Under the pieces are notes generated by a model, which saw nothing but the letters and a program-made list of their open reading frames with translations, searched no databases and was not told the DNA's origin. DNA of 64,000 bases from Epithemia pelagica (taxonomy: Eukaryota; Protista; Bacillariophyta): assembly GCA_946965045.2 (NCBI GenBank), contig OX337232.1, positions 2,480,001 to 2,544,000 of the forward strand, in the 5' to 3' direction. The position numbers and the translations under genes are program-made. Numbering within the stretch: the first letter of the stretch is position 1; each line of letters begins with the position of its first letter. Shown here one piece after another: positions 11,302 through 23,600 of this stretch.

Positions 11302-12495
11302 CTAGTTCTTGTTGGAGGAGGAGGAGGTTTGGTTGGTCGAGGGAACGCTTGTTGTGGTGGATGGCTGTTGCTGTTGTGGAGAGGATTTGCGAGCCGCGTA
11401 TTGCTGTCGTTCATTGTCCAGCACGGTCCAGCCTCGTTCTTGTAGCAATTGCTCTCGTTCCTGTCGCAATTGGTTATCCAATCGTCGAAAAAGGGGTGTC
11501 TTTAGAACGGAATTGGTGGTTTGATAAAAGGACCGCAAGGGTTCTTGCAAACAATAGTCGTTGTCCTTGTCACTGTCTGCGACATTACTCGTCGGACTGG
11601 GAGTCGTTGTGGAAAGGTCGCCATTCTTACGGTCGGCTGTCGAATTCTGGTTGGGTCGTAAATGCAATTTTTCGTATTCGTAGGCTTGGACGACCATTTC
11701 AAATTTATCAATGTCCTTGGCATAATGCGATTCGGGGGTAATTTGTTGTTCGTATTCGTGCCACCATTGCATCAAGTCTGAACCCAATGTCGTGCCGACC
11801 ATGTCTTGAATGGTCTCCATGGCTTGTCGTTCAACGTCCTGTTTGGTGGCCACTTGACGGGGTGCACAATAGGGCGTAATGTCTCCGGCCAAGGCTTCAC
11901 AAACATCGTGCGTCAAGGCAATCCGCAACAATCGATTGGTATCAATATTTTGGGGATGATAGTGTGGACACAATTGGTACTCGTCTTCGTACTGCACAAC
12001 AGACGAGGGGACCACCATCAAGGCACACATGGCACATCGATGCATATGATCGGCATCGGATTCGGGAAAGGGAATTCCCTGACGGACCCATCCCGTTCGT
12101 TTCAAGCGTTTCAAGACGCCACAAATTTCTGTCAAGAATTGCAATGGATTGCCATGCTGGTTGCCCGTAGTATTCGTGTGTGGTGGCAGCAACGGTGACT
12201 CGTTTGGGGAAGAAGGACTGGACGACATGGAAGGAGCTGCCTGGTAATGCTGCTGTATTCGAAACGGGGAATCACCGTGACGTTCCACAGGGATTCTCGC
12301 AAATCCTTCAACCAATCCACAGCGGCAAAACCACCACGACAACCACACAAGGCCGACACGGATTCGCCCACCGCTCCACCAACGACCCCACACTCCACAC
12401 AGCAAGGCTCCAAGAATGGTGCGAGTCGTTGTAGTAGTAGTACAAACAAATTGTAGAATGGCTTTGGTTCTTTGGTTCACAGACACCAGCACCAC
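11302..12495 (-). CDS. HDDC2: HD-domain 5'-deoxynucleotidase-like protein (start uncertain)
   Basis: LKRLKRTGWV, ESDADHMHR, HDVCEALAGDITP and AKDIDKFEM motifs. Confidence 0.88.
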   Translation of the reverse strand: MVLVSVNQRTKAILQFVCTTTTTTRTILGALLCGVWGRWWSGGRIRVGLVWLSWWFCRCGLVEGFARIPVERHGDSPFRIQQHYQAAPSMSSSPSSPNESPLLPPHTNTTGNQHGNPLQFLTEICGVLKRLKRTGWVRQGIPFPESDADHMHRCAMCALMVVPSSVVQYEDEYQLCPHYHPQNIDTNRLLRIALTHDVCEALAGDITPYCAPRQVATKQDVERQAMETIQDMVGTTLGSDLMQWWHEYEQQITPESHYAKDIDKFEMVVQAYEYEKLHLRPNQNSTADRKNGDLSTTTPSPTSNVADSDKDNDYCLQEPLRSFYQTTNSVLKTPLFRRLDNQLRQEREQLLQERGWTVLDNERQQYAARKSSPQQQQPSTTTSVPSTNQTSSSSNKN

Positions 12496-12761
12496 TGCTC
12501 CTAGGATTGATAGCTCACAACAGCACCAACCTGGTCGTTCACCACAAAAGCAACCTTTTACAACAGAAAGATTCCCGATGCGTCACAAAACATGCGAAAT
12601 GTCGTTGATTCCTTTAAGAGCGACCAGTAAGCGACCTGCTGATGGCCAATCAATCAGCCCACCATTTTTTGGTGTTCTTTTTCTTTCGATTATTGATCGC
12701 TCTGTGTGAGAGCGTTGGTCATTCGATTCTTTTGGTGCAGTTGGCTGAGAGGAACGAACGA

Positions 12762-15401
12762 ATGGGAGTGTGTTTGTCGCAGCAACAACAACAACGGTGG
12801 TGGAAGAGGAGTGTGGTACCATCATCATCATGGCTGGTGATGATGGTGATTCTTGTGGGTGTCGCCCACGCATGGGTACCACCCCCATTATCTTCCTGGT
12901 GCAGCAGTAGACAATCTTCCCCACTACCCAAAACCACCACCCAAACACTCTTACTTGTAGTATCCTCCATGAAACAACCAGTCTTTCTTCCCGACGGTTC
13001 ACCACCCAAATCCACCGTTCCAACGAACACCGTCCAGAAGAAAAAGAAAAAGAAAAAGAAACGAGTCCCCAAACCGGCACGATTTACCCAATCGGTACAC
13101 CATCCACCATCATCATCATTATCATCGAATACGAGAAGGACTCGAGCTTCTCGCAGTCCCAGCAACAGGCACAAAAACGTCAAGTCGATTGATGAATTGG
13201 AACACACCATGATGCAACGATGGGGTACCGAACGAGATCAACGAATGGATGACAAGGATTATCTTGACCAAGACGATGAAGATGACGAATATGAGGACCA
13301 TGACATGTTGGACGACGACGACAAGAACAACAGCAAGGATACTCGCCACCGAATGGTTCGACCACAAATGAATTCCTTCCAGCCAAACAACAAACTCCAG
13401 GGCACCACCTTTGATCCATCCCAGTCCAGAGACTATAAAGATCCCGATGCGATATTGTTACAACGGGTTCGACGCAATCAAGAACGAATGCAATCACCCA
13501 TCACGCGACGAGACACTGCTTCTCCTTCTTTGTTTCCAAAGGACTCGAAGACAGGTACGAGAGAGACTTCTGCACCATCCACCTTTTTCTTTCGACCTCA
13601 GGACGACAACAACAACAGCGAGGTGGAACGGTCTCCATCCTCACGTTCCAAAGCCAACGAAAACGACAAGACCACCCGTCGGAACGTGGAAAGAGACTTC
13701 AATAATGAGCCATCCTCTTCTTTGGTATCATCCAAACAAGCGGCTGCCACAAAAGAGCCAAGATATGTACCCTTGACCAATGAGCAGGGTCAACCTCTGT
13801 ATTTGACCACAAAACAAGCACAAATCAATTTTGACACGGAGCGAGAACAACAACAAGCAGCTCTAGGGCGAATGGCCGACTCCACGAAAGAAACCACGGA
13901 CAAGACCGAGAACGAGGCTCCACAGCAAGTATCTCAGCATTCTTCCTTGGAAAACGACAATCTCTTGGCCGTACCACAAACCTGGCAAGACATTGGTATC
14001 ACCCATCCCATTTTATTGCACAATCTCCAGACCATGAATTGTCCATCGCCTCTGTCCGTGCAAGCCAAGGCTTGTCCAGATATTTTACAGGGAACCACGG
14101 ACCTGGTGTTGGGAACCTACACGGGCAGTGGCAAGACTCTGGCCTTTTTGGTACCACTGATTCAACGATTCCTATTGAATGAGCGTCCGGGTGATGCAGC
14201 GACGGAGTATGCCAACAACAACAAGAGCAAGAATTCAAAGTTTCTTTCCCTTTTGATTGTGGCTCCTGGTCGGGAATTGGCGAGTCAAATTGGAACGGTC
14301 GCGCGTCAATTGGTCCAGGGAACCGACTATACGGTCCTCATGGCCATTGGAGGTACCACCTTTGCCCGCAATGTAGAACAAATCCGGAAACGCAAACCAG
14401 CCATTCTGGTGGGAACTCCTGGACGGGTGGCGGAATTGGTTGTGGGACAACCGGGAAGTAGTTGTCGTCGCAGCAGCAGGGGTGGAGGAGGAGGACGACT
14501 CACCACCTCGTCTCTCCAAGCCTTTGTGTTGGATGAATTTGATGCCCTGCTGCAATACAAACCTCATGCCGAACCGACCTTGGCCATTTTAGAAACCTTG
14601 CAACGACGACGACAACAACAACAGAACCAACCACCCTCCAGCGACAACAATAAGATGGTTTCCATTTTTTGCTCGGCAACAGCATCCGATGTATTGAATT
14701 TACCCAAGGTCAAGAATTTCTTGGACCCCAACTTTGTCTTGACCATGGCCGATGAACACGACGCCTATGTCACATCGGCGGCAACCAGGGGTGACGCAGT
14801 CTTGTCGTCTTCTCGGACCACTGTGCCTCCTCCTCGTGTGAGCAAGACTGTGATGCATGGCGTGGTCCATGTGGCACATCGACGGTTTGTGTTGGAAACC
14901 GTACGACGAATCCTACATACTGAACCCTATCCACAACAGGTACTGATTTTTGTTCAAGATTCACGCAAGGTGGAAATGATGGTGGAACGATTGGGTAAAA
15001 TGGGAATTTTGGCGGCGCCACTTCATGGCGGTCGCAACAGCGAAAAACTGGACCGGGCTGAAGTGAACAAGGCACTGCGAGAGGGACAAGTGGGCATTGT
15101 GGTGGCAACTGAATTGGCGGCTCGGGGATTGGACGCTCCCCTCTTGACCCATGTGATTAATGTGGATTTGCCCACAGATGCTTCGCATTATGCGCACCGG
15201 GCGGGACGATGCGGTCGAGGCGGACGACCGGGTGTCGTCCTCAATCTGACTGTGGATCCCAAAGAACGCAAAGTGCCACACAAATTGACGCAGCAATTGG
15301 GAGTCCCACTCTTTACCGTACAAGTTGGAAATGGCAAGCTGAATCTGGTTGTCGAAGATTCCTCACAAAAGGGCGAAGAACAAAGATCGAATGAAGAATG
15401 A
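12762..15401 (+). CDS. DEAD-box RNA helicase, probably plastid-targeted
   Basis: GSGKT, APGRELA, GTPGR, DEFD, SAT, ARGLD and HRAGRCGR motifs; hydrophobic leader ending AHA-W. Confidence 0.93.
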   Translation: MGVCLSQQQQQRWWKRSVVPSSSWLVMMVILVGVAHAWVPPPLSSWCSSRQSSPLPKTTTQTLLLVVSSMKQPVFLPDGSPPKSTVPTNTVQKKKKKKKKRVPKPARFTQSVHHPPSSSLSSNTRRTRASRSPSNRHKNVKSIDELEHTMMQRWGTERDQRMDDKDYLDQDDEDDEYEDHDMLDDDDKNNSKDTRHRMVRPQMNSFQPNNKLQGTTFDPSQSRDYKDPDAILLQRVRRNQERMQSPITRRDTASPSLFPKDSKTGTRETSAPSTFFFRPQDDNNNSEVERSPSSRSKANENDKTTRRNVERDFNNEPSSSLVSSKQAAATKEPRYVPLTNEQGQPLYLTTKQAQINFDTEREQQQAALGRMADSTKETTDKTENEAPQQVSQHSSLENDNLLAVPQTWQDIGITHPILLHNLQTMNCPSPLSVQAKACPDILQGTTDLVLGTYTGSGKTLAFLVPLIQRFLLNERPGDAATEYANNNKSKNSKFLSLLIVAPGRELASQIGTVARQLVQGTDYTVLMAIGGTTFARNVEQIRKRKPAILVGTPGRVAELVVGQPGSSCRRSSRGGGGGRLTTSSLQAFVLDEFDALLQYKPHAEPTLAILETLQRRRQQQQNQPPSSDNNKMVSIFCSATASDVLNLPKVKNFLDPNFVLTMADEHDAYVTSAATRGDAVLSSSRTTVPPPRVSKTVMHGVVHVAHRRFVLETVRRILHTEPYPQQVLIFVQDSRKVEMMVERLGKMGILAAPLHGGRNSEKLDRAEVNKALREGQVGIVVATELAARGLDAPLLTHVINVDLPTDASHYAHRAGRCGRGGRPGVVLNLTVDPKERKVPHKLTQQLGVPLFTVQVGNGKLNLVVEDSSQKGEEQRSNEE

Positions 15402-15883
15402 AATTACTATGGACGATAGATGTTAACTCAATTTTATGTGTTGGACACAGCAGGAACTTCAAGACAACCTCAACAAGCTGCTCTTGTTCATCTACAGAGA
15501 TATTGACACCTCCTACCTTTTCCGGCGTGACAAGATGTGCGGTTTGCCACAAGGTTACGACATACCCCTGTGATCCTACCATGCTGGTTGTTTCTTCCCC
15601 CCAACCAATGAAGTAGAAAACCCTGAGGCTCGGCATCCTGTCCTGTTAGAAGAATCTTTGACCATCCTTCTTGTACTTCTCCTTCTTCTAGTATGGGAGA
15701 GAACCAAGGACTCTATCGATTAATAGAAGTATTAACAAGTAGCAGTAGGTAGTCTGAACATACGAGAAATTCTTGGGTAGACTACTAGAGGTAGAGAGGA
15801 GCTTCCCCTAGCTAACTATCCGTAGCCAGCTATCTCGAAATCGAAGGTAGTCCTTGGATTCCCATGAGATTTGCTTGCCATTC

Positions 15884-18800
15884 CCGACTTTATAGGGGGA
15901 AGTCGCAGAAGAGGAGGGGAAAGAAAGGAAGAGAAAAAAGAAGAAGAAGAAGGAAAAAAGAAAAAAGAGGAAGAATTAGTGGTAAGATTCCCTTTGCTAC
16001 GAACGTGCGATTGCCACCATCATATTATGATCTCATTGGTTGATCCATTTGTCACTGCTTCTGGTCTGTGTGGGATGTGTGGTGACTACGTGTTGCTCCA
16101 ATGTCCCGGTGGAGGGGGATTTGGCAGTTCCCTACGGTCGTTCTACGTATCTGGCTACGGTAAGTGCTGACACCGTGTGTCTTTTACCTATACAAAACAT
16201 CGTCAGCCTCACATATGCCTTTGATCTCTGATTGTATTGCCTGTGCGAAGATATTGGCATACATTGTTTCCAGTATATCGCGCAATCATAGCTACGGCAT
16301 GGACGAGAAGTTTTGCACAGTTTTTGTTAGTTCATTATTTTCTGATCGATGGTTTTCTCACTACTGTTGTTGTTGTCGTCGTTGTTGTTGTTATATCTCT
16401 TGAATCTTTGTCTTAAAGTGTCTGGCCTCCATGGTAAGTCGCGACTGTTGGCTGTTGATGCTGTGTTGATTTTTGCTGCTCTCTAACCGATGTTGTTGTT
16501 GTGTTTTAAGGGTACGATGCATTACTGGGATGGTTGGAACAAGATTTGTCATGGGGTGGGATGCCCCGACGATTGGGCCTCTGCCAATACTGAATATTGC
16601 GGATGCAACAATTTTGAGTCGGTTGTGGATGTGTTGGTTGTTGATGGAGCGGTTGGCAACCAAGGTACGACGAGTAATACGCCGCTTGCTGCAGCAGCTG
16701 TTGCTGAAAGTGATGAACACTAGCAAGCGGCGTATTTGGCGGAAGCAATGGTGGAAGTGATGGCATTTGTGGTTGTGGCATGGTGATTGGTCTGGGGGCC
16801 GGTTGTATTGCTGTTCTTGGTGGCGATTTGGGAGCAGGTTGCTGTTGTGTTTGTGGTGGTGGTCGTTGTGGTCGTGTTGGAGAAGACTGTTGCACTGTTG
16901 GAGCTGGTGGTGGCGGCAGCTCTTCCTCCTCATCACTCAACATTGGATCATCGTCATCTTCTTGGTTTGCTTCGTCTTGATGCTCTTCTTTTTCCTCAAC
17001 TTGTTGCTCTTTTTCATTTTCTCGTGATTGTTCTGTATCTTGTTGTTCCAGTGTCTCGCTTGTTTGCATTGTTTCTTCATCTTGCATATTGCGCTGAGCC
17101 TCACATTTCTCACAGGGACAGAAGTCATGCTGTTGGACCGAGATGTTCCAGACCTCGTTGAGTTGCTCATAAACTTGCAAGTACTCAGAAAAAAAGCGTT
17201 CACCATTGTCTTGCGGTAAGTGCTCGACGTCATCAAACAACTTGGATGCGCCGCATCGAACGGCCAACTTGTTGATAAAGGCAAGTTGCTGGTGGTTCCA
17301 ATGACTCACCACTGTTTCCCACGCCGCAGGCATTTTCTTGTTGCGTTGTTCCGTTGTCTTCGACACAAAGCGCAGCTTGTGTCGAATCTGACGGTTGTAC
17401 CGCGCCGTTCCGCACAAGTTCAAGTCGTCCGAGAGTTTTTCATTTGTGCCCCCATTACTGAAATGGGCCAAGTTGTTGTGCCATGACTCCAATTTGGATT
17501 CCCCTCGGTAAGAGACCCATTCGGACAATTGATGGCTTGAATTTGGGTGTTGTTTGATCTCACGATACATGTCTTCGATTGGAATCGGATCTGCGAGAAA
17601 CTCTGCCTTTTTTTTACAGTTTTCGATCGCTGAGTGTGTATCTTGTGTGAACAATGGTTGTTGTGTCTTGTGATCGAGCCTTCCTCGTGCCGGTGGCCCA
17701 CTGTCACTACTACTTCTCACTTTATATTTTATCTTCCACTCCTCCCGGCGCATCACGATTGTTTGGAACGCGCGGATGATTTTCCGTAAGTACTTGCCGT
17801 ATCTTTCGCGAAAAACCTTGGTCTGTCTCATTTCTGCTATTTGCTTGTCACTACATTTCTTGCCTCCAAGGGTGCCATTCTTCAGGGCCGTGATGACTTT
17901 ATGGAAGTCACCATCGTGATACTCGTAGATGCAATCCAACAATTCGCGCAACGCGTCACCAAAGTCCATGTGTTTATGGCGCAGGGTCTTTATAATTTGC
18001 TGGAGGAAATGAAAGAGTCCCAGTCTTGGGACTACATCTTCACCCAACAATCCAACCCAATAATCGCTCTTGTGGGGGAATGTGTCGGAATAGATGACGC
18101 TCGGGTTAAAATTTCCACGGCTGCAAAGTTGTTGGGCAGCATGGGAGAAGGTCTTGGTTTCCAAGTTTGGAACCAAGATGCACATGCAATCTCGCCTACT
18201 TCATTGGCAGCATCCCATACAGCTTCTGCCTTGAGCCTCTTGGGATAGTTCTTGACTGCTTGGAAGGTGTGGTCTTGGGCAAAACTTGTTTGGCAGCCCA
18301 CTGCTTGGATTTCCCTGGTGTGCCTCTCATAGTCACTTGTTCTCCAGGGATTGAGTCTGGATCTTGATGCCTCGTGGTAGGCCTGTCTGATTGTCTCACC
18401 AAGAGGAGGATACCTGGTGAGCCACTCTCCATCTTTCGCTGGATACTCTTGCCCTTGCTGATGTGTTGCATCACAGAAGGAGTAATAGTTAGTTATTCTA
18501 TTCCTATAATCCCTGTTGATTGCAGCATACAATAGTCCACTACAGTGGTCACCATTGCCATAGGTAAGCATCTCCTCCTCCAACACTGTTGTTGTTGTAA
18601 TGTCGAAGTGCTGGGCACCTCGAGCCCACTTTGCTTCGACCGGATACCATTTCGCAAAATGTGGAGGCAGCGAATTGAGAAGTGCTCCGTCGTTGCCGGC
18701 ATGCGTGGTATTGCACTCCTTGCAATGGTAGTGCGTGACAAGGGCGTAAGACGGTGCGCCATCAAGACCAAAAATGGGGAATAGACTTTTGCTCTTGGAA

Positions 18801-20050
18801 AGGTTGGTCCGCTCGCGTTGTAGTGTACAGTTGCTACACTTTGGACACTTAAGCCCAATTTTCTGAAACTCCACCGGCATAAACAGCTCCCAGTCAACAA
18901 TGTACAAACGTCGCCCTACAATTGAGTCCCACAGGGCATTATTGTTGTTTCGCACGTCGGGTACAGTCAAACACATGTCTCGCATGAACGGCTTAAGTGA
19001 CCGCACGTCGCGCTTCCGTTCCAAACAAGTTTCGGCGATAGTCTTGGCAAGCGCGTACATTGTTTTCGGACACGTGATCGACTCGTCTTGTTCTATCTCC
19101 TTGTATTTAGCCAGTACCGATTGCATAAATACATACTCATCGGACCCAACGGCGGACGTCACCTGATTATTGATCAGGCAGTCCGTGCGCGCAATACAGT
19201 TGCGCTTCCCCTTTCGAACCCTGGAAAGTTTCAAATCGTCCTCTGTCACGGTCGTTGCTTCATTTGAAGCTTCCGAGACAGGTTTATTGTTGAGACGAAA
19301 GAAGAGGTTGAAATCTTCTTGCCTCATGATGATTGGATGGTAAGTCACTTCCTTGTTGGCCTCTTTCTTCAGTCGTTCCTCCTCCTTCATGGCCTCTACC
19401 AAGTGGTCTGGTATGCCCCTGGTCTTTGTGTTCTTCGGGCAGAAGACGTGATGGGGGCGCTTGGGAGGCTTGGTCCCAAGCCTTTTGGAACTGCAGATGG
19501 TGCAGTCCCTGTCTGGCTCAAAGGCCTTTTTTCTTCTCAAGCGTGAGCTGCCTCAACTGCTTTGCCTCTTGTTGCTTCCTCTTCTTGTTGCTTCTCTGTT
19601 GTGCTAACGACTTTGCCCTTTTTGTTTGGTTGTTTCGTCGTTGACTCTGCCCACCCATCTCTTGCTCCTTGCTGAGCTTTTTGTATGGGTTCACCACCAA
19701 GGGTGCTGGTGGTGGTGGAGGAGAGTCATTCTCCTCAGGGACAGTCATCGTGGTTGGGTCCATTGTCGCTCCAGAAACATCGACACCATTGTCCATGTCC
19801 TGGGGCACGGCAACCGCGACCGGCCTCATTGGCACGGAATCGTGTTGGAGACGAAATCCCTGTCGTTTCGGCTGTTTTCGTGGGGAAGTCGGCAAGATTC
19901 CGTGGCTTTTTGCGCGTGGCGCGCGATGTCTACTGGTAAGAGAAGACATGTCTTGTGTGAGTTTTCGTTAAGTATTTTGATGTCTTGTCTATGTCTTGTG
20001 AGTTTTCTAACCCAATCATATTTCTGCCTTCTATTTCGTGAGCCCCGAGG
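15884..20050 (-). mobile_element. Tandem unit 1 (4167 bp) of a putative DDE-type DNA transposon; ORF frameshifted
   Basis: Near-identical to 20051-24217 at constant offset 4167. Two SNPs and two 1-bp indels seen by eye. Confidence 0.85.
16506..19949 (-). pseudogene. Frameshifted copy of the 1147-aa transposase-like ORF
   Basis: Split into three ORFs by +1 T in a T-run near 19527-19532 and -1 T near 18179 relative to copy 2. Confidence 0.8.
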
Positions 20051-20210
20051 CCGACTTTATAGGGGGAAGTCGCAGAAGAGGAGGGGAAAGAAAAGAAGAG
20101 AAAAAAGAAGAAGAAGAAGGAAAAAAGAAAAAAGAGGAAGAATTAGTGGTAAGATTCCCTTTGCTACGAACGTGCGATTGCCACCATCATATTATGATCT
20201 CATTGGTTGA
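20051..20210 (-). promoter_or_regulatory. Candidate promoter at the unit 3' end: CCAAT, CT-rich tract, TATAAA in a 6-bp stem-loop
   Basis: Minus strand has CCAAT (+ attgg 20202-20206), a long polypyrimidine tract and TATAAA (+ tttata 20056-20061), about 107 nt upstream of the copy-1 ATG at 19949. Confidence 0.4.
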
Positions 20211-20672
20211 TCCATTTGTCACTGCTTCTGGTCTGTGTGGGATGTGTGGTGACTACGTGTTGCTCCAATGTCCCGGTGGAGGGGGATTTGGCAGTTCCCT
20301 ACGGTCGTTCTACGTATCTGGCTACGGTAAGTGCTGACACCGTGTGTCTTTTACCTATACAAAACATCGTCAGCCTCACATATGCCTTTGATCTCTGATT
20401 GTATTGCCTGTGCGAAGATATTGGCATACATTGTTTCCAGTATATCGCGCAATCATAGCTACGGCATGGACGAGAAGTTTTGCACAGTTTTTGTTAGTTC
20501 ATTATTTTCTGATCGATGGTTTTCTCACTACTGTTGTTGTTGTCGTCGTTGTTGTTGTTATATCTCTTGAATCTTTGTCTTAAAGTGTCTGGCCTCCATG
20601 GTAAGTCGCGACTGTTGGCTGTTGATGCTGTGTTGATTTTTGCTGCTCTCTAACCGATGTTGTTGTTGTGTT

Positions 20673-23600
20673 TTAAGGGTACGATGCATTACTGGGATGG
20701 TTGGAACAAGATTTGTCATGGGGTGGGATGCCCCGACGATTGGGCCTCTGCCAATACTGAATATTGCGGATGCAACAATTTTGAGTCGGTTGTGGATGTG
20801 TTGGTTGTTGATGGAGCGGTTGGCAACCAAGGTACGACGAGTAATACGCCGCTTGCTGCAGCAGCTGTTGCTGAAAGTGATGAACACTAGCAAGCGGCGT
20901 ATTTGGCGGAAGCAATGGTGGAAGTGATGGCATTTGTGGTTGTGGCATAGTGATTGGTCTGGGGGCCGGTTGTATTGCTGTTCTTGGTGGCGATTTGGGA
21001 GCAGGTTGCTGTTGTGTTTGTGGTGGTGGTCGTTGTGGTCGTGTTGGAGAAGACTGTTGCACTGTTGGAGCTGGTGGTGGCGGCAGCTCTTCCTCCTCAT
21101 CACTCAACATTGGATCATCGTCATCTTCTTGGTTTGCTTCGTCTTGATGCTCTTCTTTTTCCTCAACTTGTTGCTCTTTTTCATTTTCTCGTGATTGTTC
21201 TGTATCTTGTTGTTCCAGTGTCTCGCTTGTTTGCATTGTTTCTTCATCTTGCATATTGCGCTGAGCCTCACATTTCTCACAGGGACAGAAGTCATGCTGT
21301 TGGACCGAGATGTTCCAGACCTCGTTGAGTTGCTCATAAACTTGCAAGTACTCAGAAAAAAAGCGTTCACCATTGTCTTGCGGTAAGTGCTCGACGTCAT
21401 CAAACAACTTGGATGCGCCGCATCGAACGGCCAACTTGTTGATAAAGGCAAGTTGCTGGTGGTTCCAATGACTCACCACTGTTTCCCACGCCGCAGGCAT
21501 TTTCTTGTTGCGTTGTTCCGTTGTCTTCGACACAAAGCGCAGCTTGTGTCGAATCTGACGGTTGTACCGCGCCGTTCCGCACAAGTTCAAGTCGTCCGAG
21601 AGTTTTTCATTTGTGCCCCCATTACTGAAATGGGCCAAGTTGTTGTGCCATGACTCCAATTTGGATTCCCCTCGGTAAGAGACCCATTCGGACAATTGAT
21701 GGCTTGAATTTGGGTGTTGTTTGATCTCACGATACATGTCTTCGATTGGAATCGGATCTGCGAGAAACTCTGCCTTTTTTTTACAGTTTTCGATCGCTGA
21801 GTGTGTATCTTGTGTGAACAATGGTTGTTGTGTCTTGTGATCGAGCCTTCCTCGTGCCGGTGGCCCACTGTCACTACTACTTCTCACTTTATATTTTATC
21901 TTCCACTCCTCCCGGCGCATCACGATTGTTTGGAACGCGCGGATGATTTTCCGTAAGTACTTGCCGTATCTTTCGCGAAAAACCTTGGTCTGTCTCATTT
22001 CTGCTATTTGCTTGTCACTACATTTCTTGCCTCCAAGGGTGCCATTCTTCAGGGCCGTGATGACTTTATGGAAGTCACCATCGTGATACTCGTAGATGCA
22101 ATCCAACAATTCGCGCAACGCGTCACCAAAGTCCATGTGTTTATGGCGCAGGGTCTTTATAATTTGCTGGAGGAAATGAAAGAGTCCCAGTCTTGGGACT
22201 ACATCTTCACCCAACAATCCAACCCAATAATCGCTCTTGTGGGGGAATGTGTCGGAATAGATGACGCTCGGGTTAAAATTTCCACGGCTGCAAAGTTGTT
22301 GGGCAGCATGGGAGAAGGTCTTGGTTTCCAAGTTTGGAACCAAGATTGCACATGCAATCTCGCCTACTTCATTGGCAGCATCCCATACAGCTTCTGCCTT
22401 GAGCCTCTTGGGATAGTTCTTGACTGCTTGGAAGGTGTGGTCTTGGGCAAAACTTGTTTGGCAGCCCACTGCTTGGATTTCCCTGGTGTGCCTCTCATAG
22501 TCACTTGTTCTCCAGGGATTGAGTCTGGATCTTGATGCCTCGTGGTAGGCCTGTCTGATTGTCTCACCAAGAGGAGGATACCTGGTGAGCCACTCTCCAT
22601 CTTTCGCTGGATACTCTTGCCCTTGCTGATGTGTTGCATCACAGAAGGAGTAATAGTTAGTTATTCTATTCCTATAATCCCTGTTGATTGCAGCATACAA
22701 TAGTCCACTACAGTGGTCACCATTGCCATAGGTAAGCATCTCCTCCTCCAACACTGTTGTTGTTGTAATGTCGAAGTGCTGGGCACCTCGAGCCCACTTT
22801 GCTTCGACCGGATACCATTTCGCAAAATGTGGAGGCAGCGAATTGAGAAGTGCTCCGTCGTTGCCGGCATGCGTGGTATTGCACTCCTTGCAATGGTAGT
22901 GCGTGACAAGGGCGTAAGACGGTGCGCCATCAAGACCAAAAATGGGGAATAGACTTTTGCTCTTGGAAAGGTTGGTCCGCTCGCGTTGTAGTGTACAGTT
23001 GCTACACTTTGGACACTTAAGCCCAATTTTCTGAAACTCCACCGGCATAAACAGCTCCCAGTCAACAATGTACAAACGTCGCCCTACAATTGAGTCCCAC
23101 AGGGCATTATTGTTGTTTCGCACGTCGGGTACAGTCAAACACATGTCTCGCATGAACGGCTTAAGTGACCGCACGTCGCGCTTCCGTTCCAAACAAGTTT
23201 CGGCGATAGTCTTGGCAAGCGCGTACATTGTTTTCGGACACGTGATCGACTCGTCTTGTTCTATCTCCTTGTATTTAGCCAGTACCGATTGCATAAATAC
23301 ATACTCATCGGACCCAACGGCGGACGTCACCTGATTATTGATCAGGCAGTCCGTGCGCGCAATACAGTTGCGCTTCCCCTTTCGAACCCTGGAAAGTTTC
23401 AAATCGTCCTCTGTCACGGTCGTTGCTTCATTTGAAGCTTCCGAGACAGGTTTATTGTTGAGACGAAAGAAGAGGTTGAAATCTTCTTGCCTCATGATGA
23501 TTGGATGGTAAGTCACTTCCTTGTTGGCCTCTTTCTTCAGTCGTTCCTCCTCCTTCATGGCCTCTACCAAGTGGTCTGGTATGCCCCTGGTCTTTGTGTT

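Noticed and set aside
11302-15401. Divergent HD-protein/DEAD-helicase pair next to SpoU as an RNA-metabolism cluster; DEFD and APGRELA variants
   Set aside because: Short divergent spacing is normal in compact diatom genomes, and such motif variants are common in organellar helicases.
15313-15636. ORFs after the helicase, including RCAVCHKVTTYPC
   Set aside because: Short, overlapping the helicase 3' end, with no complete domain or splice support.
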